Shown here piece by piece: positions 18,314 through 26,760 of a stretch of 64,000 nucleotides of DNA. Positions within the stretch are counted from its first letter, which is position 1. Every line of letters starts with the position of its first letter. This DNA is from Mobula hypostoma (taxonomy: Eukaryota), in the NCBI RefSeq assembly GCF_963921235.1, contig NC_086101.1, positions 1 to 64,000 on the forward strand, given 5' to 3'. A program made the translations under genes and the position numbers. The notes under the pieces are model-generated. The model was given only the letters and a program-made list of their open reading frames with translations. It ran no database searches and had not been told where the DNA came from.

Positions 18314-18470
18314 AACCCTAACCCGAACCCTAACCCTAACCCTAACCCTAACCCTAACCCTAACCCTAACCCTAACCCTAACCCTAACCCTAACCCTAAC
18401 CCTAACCCTAACCCTAACCCTAACCCTAACCCTAACCCTAACCCTAACCCTAACCCTAACCCTAACCCTA
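18314..18470 (-). repeat. Vertebrate telomeric repeat tract (CCCTAA)n, ~26 units (TTAGGG on the - strand)
   Basis: Perfect CCCTAA units except one CCCGAA at the left junction. The C-rich strand on + is the polarity of a left chromosome end. Confidence 0.97.
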
Positions 18471-21400
18471 GTCAGAAGCGGTCTTACAACTTGAGAGCAC
18501 ACTGGATGAGATAATAGAGAGGGAGAGAGAAGTACAGGATAAACCCAATCTAACTAGGAAGGAGAGAGCAGCCCTGAAAGAATTGAGAGAAAATATGGAT
18601 ATTGTTATCAAACCAGCAGATAAAGGGAGCAGCATAGTTATCATGGACAAAGAGCAATACCTATTTGAGGCACACAGACAATTAAACAACACGGAACACT
18701 ACACTAAAATAAGGGAACCCATATACTGGGAATCACACACAGAAATTAGGAACATTTTGCGAGAACTAGAGAGGACTAGATAACCCGGGAAGAAGCAAGT
18801 GGAGTACCTGACAGGGAAACAGCCACGAGCAAGAAAGTTCTATATCCTCCCCAAAATACACAACAGCCCAGACTCATGGACCGTTCCGGGAGAAATACCA
18901 CCCGGCAGGCCCATCGTGTCGGACTGCATCAGTGAGTCATACAGTATAGAGTACATTGATGCCTTCCTTAACCCACTATGGCAGAAACACTCCAGCTACA
19001 TCAAGGACACGTACCACTTTGTCCGGATAGTCAATTCCATGTCAGTGCCCCCTGAGGCCATACTCTTCACCATGGACATTGAAAGCCTGTACACCAATAT
19101 AGAAACCGACAGGGGTATAGAAGCAGTGAGGGATATCCTACAGAAGAACCCCCAGCTAGAGAGACCAGACGAGGCCTTGGTGGAACTCCTTCACCTCAGC
19201 CTGACTAAAAATGACTTTGAATTCAATAATGAATTCTACTGACAAGTCAAGGGTACAGCGATGGGAAAGAAGTTTGCTCCAGCCTATGCCAATATATACA
19301 TGGCAAAGTGGGAGGAAACAGTTTATCCAAAGTGTCCTAAAAAACCCATGTGTCTCTATAGATACCTGGATGACATCTGGGGTGTGTGGACACACTCAAA
19401 GGTAGAACTTGAGGAATTTATTCAAATCCTAAACACTCATCATCCATCCATTAAGATTAAGGCCACAACAAATAGGGAGAAAATTGACTTCCTGGACAGG
19501 ACGGTAATAAAACTAGCACCAGAAAACGGCAGCCAGAAACTAGCCACCAAAGTATTCTTTAAAACCACAGACACACACACCCTCCTACACACCGGGAGCC
19601 ACCATTCCAAACACACCTTCAGAGGCATTGTCAAAGGACAGCTGACCCGGTTTCATCACATTTGCACCAGGGCAGAGGACTTCCACCAAGCCGCTACTAT
19701 CCTCTTCTCTGCACTTAGACACAGAGACTACAGCAGACGGAGACTCAGTCACATCAAATCTGACTTTTTAAAAAGTATCACAAATTCCCGACCACGGAAC
19801 AACACAACACAGAAACTACCCTTGATAACAGGATACAGTGGGATGGCAGTGAATATCCACAAGATAGTCAAAACACTTTGAAAATCTAAAGGAGGAAGGG
19901 GGGACACTGGGACAATACACCATAGTTTCAGCCTTCAAAAGGGGTAGAAACTTAAAACACATACTAGTCAGTACCAAAGTACAAACAGCGCCAAACTGCG
20001 AGGTGGGAAACTGCAGGGCGTGCATATACATCAGAATTTCAAAAAGCATACACAACAGAGCTACAGGAAAGTGGGCTAAGACAGAGCAGAGGATAACTTG
20101 CGAACAAAAGAATATGCAATCCAGTGTAAACAATGCCATATCATATACATAGGGGAGACAGGCAACAGCCTGAGAACCAGACTCACAGGACACCTCAGTA
20201 ATATCACAAGAGAAAAGCAAAGCAGACCAGCTAGTAGGCACTTCATGGAGCATGGAATGTACTCCTTAGCAATCCTGGGCCTGGAAACCAACATAAACTG
20301 GTCAAACCTCCAAAGAAAAAGAGCAGAGAAGAGATGGATTGAAAGACTACAGACACATTCCCCAAACGGCCTAAACGAGGCCTAAAAAAACCAGGCCAGC
20401 AACATAAAATGTACTCACTGAAGGGCCAACACTGCACACCGTAATTTTAAAAAATTGAGAAAATTAGAGTAGAGGGGAAGAGGAAGATCCCCTTCAGTCA
20501 CCCACCCTGAAACAAATTAAGGCAGGGGACCATTAAATAGGAAAGGTTCATCTTACTTTGGAAATAGAGCCTAACAACTAGGCCCCAGAACATAACCTAA
20601 TTCCCCAAGTAGAGAGGGATAAAATTAGAAATTATAACTCTACAGGAGATAACAATTAGGAAGAATAGATGCGTAACGACCAGTTCAATCCAGATACAGC
20701 ACTTGCCCCAACCTCCCAGCTTCCCCCATGGGGAAGAATACATCCCCAGCACATGACCCTGCCCTGAAACCTAACATCTTCACACCATATAAACACAGGT
20801 CCTCTTCTCACCAGAGGGGCAAACTCACCCCACATCACCAGTTATACCTCCCACTGCCCAGCGGGCCCCCCTCAACCCTAGCCCTCCAACCTAATCCTAA
20901 CATCCGGAGGACCACACACCCCACCTAAACCCTAACCCTAACCCTAATTTCCAATGGACTGGGCACCCCAACTAAACCGGACAGCACCCCAAATAACCCA
21001 AACCACACCACACTAAAGGGCTTATATAATATTCCTTTGCCCTACCACTAAACCTAACACCTCCAACCCTGCTAGACACTCCCATAAACCCAAACCCTCA
21101 CCCCATCAAGGGGCCAAGTTCACCCAATATCACCAGCAGTTAGGCTCCTTATTCAGCCCTCCCCCCTACTGCAAGGGCAACCCCTCCCCCCCCCGGCAAT
21201 ACCATTTTACACCCCACCCCACCTCCCTTCGCCCTGAACCCTCAACCCCCATTACCGAACTGTACCCCTGGGCATGTCCCTCCCCACACACCCCTGAATT
21301 AGCTACTGCACAGCCCCCAGATCACAGCACCCAGTCCCTATAAATAAAGTTCCCAAATCCAAAACACTATCCATAGGCAAGAACTCCACCATTTTAACTT

Positions 21401-21630
21401 AAACTCCAGAATGGAGGTTAAAGAGGAGGAAGATCCCAATAAAGGCAAGCAGGGGACCGAGATGATGAGAACGTGGGCCAAAAACAAAGTGGCAGGGTGA
21501 AGTGATACTGCATCTCCAGTAAGAGATCCACAAACACTAGAGGGATATTTTGCCCACTGCCCGCATACTCGCATCCTACCCCTAACCCCAAACCCTAAAC
21601 CCTTAAACCCTAACCCTAACCGTAACCCTA
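18471..21630 (+). mobile_element. Penelope-like retroelement (Neptune-type architecture), 5'-truncated, with a C-rich 3' region ending in a degenerate CCCTAA tract
   Basis: RT plus GIY-YIG ORF remnants at 18472-20385, followed by ~1.2 kb of C/A-rich 3' sequence. The 3' boundary is inferred from the CCCTAA tract at ~21575-21630. Confidence 0.8.
18472..20385 (+). pseudogene. Disrupted PLE ORF: reverse transcriptase, Cys-rich linker and GIY-YIG endonuclease
   Basis: PLE RT motifs NLT..E..AL..L...IVIKPADKG, FYILPKIH, PPGRPIVS, DIESLYTNI, GTAMG..FAPAYANIYM and RYLDD; linker CEVGNCRAC; endonuclease YAIQCKQC..IYIGETG..L..R...H...RHF...H...E..WI..L.T..PNGLN. In-frame stops at 18781 and 19240 and frameshifts near 19875 and 20112. 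The frame is open from 18472 with no start codon. Confidence 0.9.
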
Positions 21631-22081
21631 GGCACATCCCGATCATCCCAGGCCACACCCCCACAAACCAGATGCCCTTGGTCAGGAAGGGCAAGATCCA
21701 AGAAAGGCAAGTGTGGACCTGGTTAATGAAGGCGTGGGCCAGATCAAAGTGGCAGGGTTGCGTGAAATTGAATCTCAAGTGAGGAGATCAAAAAGCACAA
21801 GAGGGCTGATTTGCCCACTGCCCGCATACTCTCAACCTAACCTAACAGTGACACACTCTTCATTCTCCCGGTCGACAAAATGCCAAGAAAAAAGCCCAGA
21901 TGCCCAAAAGGCGAGAGAGAACCAGAGAGTTAAACCCAAGCTGGGTCCACAGAAAACAAGTCACCACCAAACTCAGGTGCAGGGACACCGAATGCCCCGT
22001 AAACACTGTCTATTTTACCAATGCAATCCCAGGCATACAGATGCCAGGTAATCATTAAAAACATCATTACCCTCATAGTTA

Positions 22082-22280
22082 CATGCCTCTCATTATCCTG
22101 GTCCATGGGAAAACACAAGCTGAGCTTGATCAACTCTGGCTGGGTCGCCTCGGGGAGGGTGTCTAATGATGAAAGACCCAAAACACCCGATGATCCGAGG
22201 ATGCATTACTGATGATGTGTCCCAGTGCACACCCGGTTCATTGAACCAAGTGGTGTCGGACCACGATAATGAAAGGCATG
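22082..22280 (+). ncRNA. Candidate structured RNA domain (copy 1), unassigned family
   Basis: Closing stem pairs 21/23 bp (22082-22104 with 22258-22280) and encloses several further stems and a possible pseudoknot. Folded by eye only; strand uncertain. Confidence 0.4.
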
Positions 22281-22946
22281 GGCCAGATTCACCTGGCTTC
22301 ACCACATTAGCCTATGCGCCATAGCACCTCATACCTCACCACTCAAAACTCTCTGCAGGCTTAACTCTCCCAGTCACACACACACATCCACCAGCCCAAC
22401 ACTCAAACCTAATCCTAAAGTCCAAGGGGGCACACACCCCCACAAACCCTCGGCACATCCCAATTATCATGCCACACCCCCACAAACCCTACGCACACCC
22501 CGACTAACCCTGGCCACACCCCCACAAACCCGATTACCTTTGTCAGGAGGGGCAAGATCCAAGAAAGGCAAGTGTTGGACCTGGTTAACGAAGGCGTGGG
22601 CCAGAGCAAAGTAGCAGGGTTGCGTGAAATTGAATCTCAAGTGAGGAGATCAAGAAGCACAAGAGGGCTGATTTGCCCACTGCCCACATACTCTCAACCT
22701 AACCTTACAGTGACACGCTCTTCATTCTCCCGGTCGACAAAATGCCAGGAAAAAAACCCAGATGCCCAAAAGGCGAGAGAGAACCAGAAAGTTAAACACA
22801 AGCTGGGTCCACAGAAAACAAGTCACCACTAAACTCAGGTGCAGAGACACCGAATGCCCAGAAAACACTGTCAATTTAACCCATGCAATCCCAGGCATAC
22901 AGATGCCAGGTAATGATGTTTAAAAACATCATTACCCTCAGAGTTA

Positions 22947-23146
22947 CATGCCTCTCATTATCCTGGTTCATGGGAAAACACAAGCCGAGCTTGATCAACT
23001 CCGGCTGGGTTGCCTCGGGGAGGGTGTCTAATGATTAAAGACCCGAAGCACCCCCATGATCCGAGGATGCATTACTGATGATGTGCCCCAGTGCACACCC
23101 GGTTCATTGAACCAAATGGTGTCGGACCACGATAATGAAAGGCATG
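22947..23146 (+). ncRNA. Candidate structured RNA domain (copy 2)
   Basis: Same fold as copy 1. Most differences within stems interconvert Watson-Crick and G-U pairs. Confidence 0.4.
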
Positions 23147-23610
23147 GGCCAGATTCACCTGGCTTCACCACACAAGCCTATGCGCCATAGCACCCCATAC
23201 CTCACCACTCAAAACTCCGCAGCCTTACGTCTCCCAGTCACACATATACATTCACCAGCTCAACACTCAAACCTAATCCTAATGTCCGAGGGGGCTCATA
23301 CCCCCACAAACCCTAGGCACACCCCGACTAACCCTGGCCACACCCCCACAAACCAGATTACCAGATCAGGAGGGGCAAGATCCAAGAAAGGCAAGTGTTG
23401 GACCTGATTAATGAAGGCGTGGGCCAGATCAAAGTGGCAGGGTTGCGTGAAATTGAATCTGAAGTGAGGAGATCAAGAAGCACAAGAGAGCTGATTTGCC
23501 CACTGCCCACATACTCTCAACCTAACCTTACAGTGACACGCTCTTCATTCTCCCGGTTTACAAAAGGCCTGTTAAAAAGCTCAGATGTCCAAAAGGTGAG
23601 AGAGAACCAG

Positions 23611-24393
23611 TGAATCCCTTTCACAGTCTGAGCAGGTGAATTGCCTCTCCCCAGTGTGAACTCGCTGATGTAACTTCAGTTTAGATGACTGGGTGAATCC
23701 TTTCCCACATTCAGAGCAAGTGAACGGCTTCTCCCCAGTGTGAACTCCCTGGTGTGTCAGTAGGTTAGACGCTTGAGTGAATCCCTTCCCACATTCAGAG
23801 CAGATGAACAGTTTCTCCCCAGTGTGAATTTGCTGGTGTCTTAAGAGCAGAGATGAACGAATAAATCCTTTCCCACATTCAGAGCAGCTGAACGGCTTCT
23901 CCCCAGTGTGGACTCGCTGATGTATCTTCAGTTCAGGTGACCAAGAAAATACCTTCCCACATTCAGAGCAAGTGAACGGCTTCTCCCCAGTGTGAACTCG
24001 TTGATGCTCCTTCAGTTGAGATGAATGGGTGAATCCTTTCCCACATTCAGAGCATGTGAATGGCTTCTCCCCAGTGTGAACACTCTGGTGTCTCTGTAGG
24101 TTAGACGAGTGATTGAATCGCTTCCCACAGTCTGAGCAGGTGAATGGCCTCTCCCCAGTGTGAACCAACTGATGTCGTAGCAGGTGATTTGTCTGAGTGA
24201 ATCCCTTCCCACAGTCTGAGCAGGTGTATGGCATCTTTTCAGTGTGAACTCGCTGGTGTTCATTCAGCTGAGATGATTGACTGAACCCTTTCCCACATTC
24301 AGAGCAGGTGAATGACTTCTCAGTGTGAACTTGCTGGTGTTCCTGTGGTGTGATTGAGTGTGTGAATGCCTTCCCACCATCTGAGCAGGTCAA
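23611..24393 (-). pseudogene. C2H2 zinc-finger gene, 3'-truncated: 8 complete fingers, with the next one cut at the repeat junction
   Basis: Tandem CxxC..F.....L..H...HTGEKP units. The likely ATG is at 24234 (HTEKMP), matching the paralog ATG at 54206. Decayed fingers continue upstream to ~24660. Confidence 0.85.
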
Positions 24394-25048
24394 TGCCCTC
24401 TCACTGGTGAATTTTATGATATACCTTTAGCCTCAAGAACAGAATGGCTTCCCGCTTACAGAACAGGTGGACCACCTCACTATAGTGTGAACTTGCTGAT
24501 GTAACTTTGGACTGGATGACTGAGTAGTTCCCCTCCCTCACACAGAGCGGGTGGATGGCCTCTCCCCACTGTGAACTCACTGGCGTGTCTGCGGGTAGCC
24601 TCTGAGTGAATCTCTTCCCACACTGAGAGAAGGAGAATGATATCTCACGGCGATCAATTCTCTGCAATTCAGACGTTTCAATCCCTTGTACAATCAATGC
24701 AGTTGAAGAACTGATCTCCAGTGAACAAGTGCTGGTGTTTTCTCAGCTCCTGGTTCCAGTGGATTTCACTGAGTTAAAACAGAAAACTTCATTTCAGAGA
24801 CAGAATACATCACGAGCTGGGATGAGATACTTCTTCATCTCCAAGGATCGACCACAGATGTGTTGGTGTTGCAAAGAAAATATTTAGTCATTCCTTAAAT
24901 ATCCAGACAGAGTCAGCAAAACTGATGTGTTGTTGTGTTTGAGATTCCTGTACACAAGTGTTCTGCCATTTCAACCCTGCAAAAATATTTGCAAAAGACA
25001 TCATTGGGTGAAGAACAGTATTTCAGGAGAGATTTTAGTCTGTGGTGA
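24394..25048 (-). other. 5' part of the ZNF last exon (decayed fingers) plus upstream splice acceptor; paralogous to 53380-54050 and ~34220-34367
   Basis: Reverse-complement similarity, for example aatatttttgcag|GGTTGAAATGGCAGAACAC versus atttttacag|GTTTGAAATGGCAGAACAC at ~53446. Confidence 0.6.
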
Positions 25049-25245
25049 GAACATAAGAACATAAGAAATAGGAGCAGGAGTCGGCCATCTGGCCCGTCGA
25101 GCCTGCTCTGCCATTGATTAAGATCATGGCTCCTCCTCATCTCCATCCCAATTTCCCCTGAATTTTGAAGCAATGTCCTCTAGTTCTCATCTCATCTACC
25201 AACGGAAACAACTTTCCTGCCTCTATCTTATCTTTCCCTCTCATA
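25049..25245 (-). mobile_element. CR1-type LINE 3'-end fragment
   Basis: Tail (TTCTTATG)n read as gaacataagaacataagaa, with a CR1-like 3' UTR hairpin region. Confidence 0.65.
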
Positions 25246-25298
25246 ATTTTACATGTGTCAATGCAAGGAGCATTTGTAACAAGGTGGATGAATTAAAA

Positions 25299-25524
25299 TC
25301 AACACACATCAAAGTTGCTGGTGAACGCAGCAGGCCAGGCAACATCTCTAGGAAGAGGTACAGTCGATGTTTCAGGCTGAGACCCTTCGTCAGGACTAAC
25401 GAAGGGTCTCGGCCTGAAATGTCAACTGTACCTCTTCCTAGAGATGCTGCCTGGCCTGCTGCATTCACCAGCAACTTTGATGTGCATTGCTTGAATTTCC
25501 AGCGTCTGCAGAATTCCTGTTGTT
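25299..25524. mobile_element. Inverted pair of PLE pseudo-LTR fragments with minimal hammerhead ribozyme motifs; 14-bp TSD
   Basis: Arms of ~93 bp (25301-25393 and 25396-25488). Direct repeat tggatgaattaaaa at 25285-25298 and 25525-25538. Confidence 0.8.
25361..25397 (-). ncRNA. Minimal type I hammerhead ribozyme motif (PLE-type)
   Basis: The - strand reads agtc-CTGACGA-agggtctcagcct-GAAAC-ATC-gactg: stem I agtc/gact, conserved core, short stem II, vestigial stem III. Confidence 0.7.
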
Positions 25525-26760
25525 TGGATGAATTAAAAGTGCAGATTGTTATTAATGAATATGATATAGTCGGGATCAAAGAGACATGGCTCCAGGGTGA
25601 CCAAGGATGGGAGCTCAACATTCAGGGATATTCAATATTCAGGAGGGATAGACATGAAAGAAAAGGAGGTGGGGTAGCATTGCTGGTCAGAGAGGAGATT
25701 AACGCAATAGAAAGGAAGGACATTAGCCGGGAGGATGTGGGATCGATATGGGTAGAGCTGCATAACACTAAGGGGCAGAAAACGCTGGTGGGAGTTGTGT
25801 ACAGGCCACCTAACAATAGTAGTGAGGTTGGGGATGGTATTAAACAGGAAATTAGAAATGTGTGCAATAATGGAACAGCAGTTATAATGGGTGACTTCAA
25901 TCTACATGTAGATTGGGTGAACCAAATTGGTAAGGGTGCTGAGGAAGAGGATTTCTTGGAATGTATGCGGGATGGTTTTTTGAACCAACATGTCGAGGAA
26001 CCAACTAGAGAGCAGGCTATTCTAGACTGGGTATTGAGCAATGAGGAAGGGTTAATTAGCAATCTTGTCGTGAGAGGCCCCTTGGGTAAGAGTGACCATA
26101 ATATGGTGGAATTCTTCATTAAGATGGAGAGTGACATAGTTAATTCAGAAACAAAGGTTCTGAACTTAAAGAAGGGTAACTTTGAAGGTATGAGACGTGA
26201 ATTAGCTAAGGTAGACTGGCAAATGACACTTAAAGGGTTGATGGTGGATATGCAATGGCAAGCATTTAAAGATCGCATGGATGAACTACAACAATTGTTC
26301 ATCCCAGTTTGGCAAAAGAATAAATCAGGGAAGGTAGTGCACCTGTGGCTGACAAGGGAAATTAGGGATAGTATCAATTCCAAAGAAGAAGCATACAAAT
26401 TAGCCAGAAAAAGTGGCTCACCTGAGGACTGGGAGAAATTCAGTGTCCAGCAGAGGAGGACAAAGGGCTTAATTAGGAAAGGAAAAAAAGATTATGAGAA
26501 AAAACTGGCAGGGAACATAAAAACTGACTGTAAAAGCTTTTATAGAAAAGATATATAGATATTTGAAAAGAAAAAGATTGGTTAAGACAAATGTAGGACC
26601 CTACAGACAGAAACACGTGAATTGATTATGGGGAGCAAGGACATGGCAGACCAATTGAATAACTACTTTGGTTCTATCTTCACTGAGGAGGACATAAATA
26701 AGCTTCCGGAAATAGTAGGGGACAGAGGGTCCAGTGAGATGGAGGAACTGATGGAAATAC

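Larger units (their letters stand above)
21631..23610. repeat. Tandem array of ~0.82-0.86 kb non-coding units (two full, one partial)
   Basis: The anchor tcaggaRgggcaagatccaagaaaggcaagtg recurs at ~21682, ~22543 and ~23367 with high identity. A diverged partial homolog lies at ~21420-21570. Confidence 0.93.
25246..26760 (+). mobile_element. CR1 LINE (family B here), APE endonuclease region, interrupted by a palindromic PLE insert and cut by CR1 family A
   Basis: Motifs NARSI.NK.DEL, YDIVGI.ETWL, GGGVALL, VYRPP, MGDFN, LDWVL and SDH. Confidence 0.9.

Noticed and set aside
4..18514. Giant ORFs of up to 5846 aa (MDGW/MEWNG repeats) and NP/LT repeat tails
   Set aside because: GGAT and GGAAT repeats contain no stop codon in any + frame, and CCCTAA lacks one in two frames, so these are translation artefacts.
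19240..19242. In-frame TGA in the PLE RT as selenocysteine
   Set aside because: The position (FY*Q.KGTAMG) is not a Cys site, and the ORF also has a TAA stop and frameshifts, so simple decay explains it.
21826..21850. Telomerase RNA gene (template plus pseudoknot)
   Set aside because: The units read aacctaacctaac, not the CUAACCCUAAC template. The pseudoknot-like motif lies upstream rather than downstream, and no CR4/5 or H/ACA domain is recognisable.
22208..22275. Hammerhead, box C/D snoRNA or SECIS suggested by CTGATGA...GAAA and ATGA motifs
   Set aside because: Stem II is not followed by GAAA, and the GAAA lies within the long P1 stem. No box D with terminal stem and no SECIS geometry could be built.
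21631..23610. CRISPR-like array, or short protein-coding repeats (MDLVNEGVGQIKVAGLREIES...)
   Set aside because: There is no repeat-spacer structure or cas gene. The ORFs have non-ATG starts, differ in length between copies and show no recognisable domain.
25173..26558. 461-aa ORF as a host gene
   Set aside because: It is a chimera of an antisense CR1 tail, a CR1 endonuclease and a frame-preserving PLE insert.
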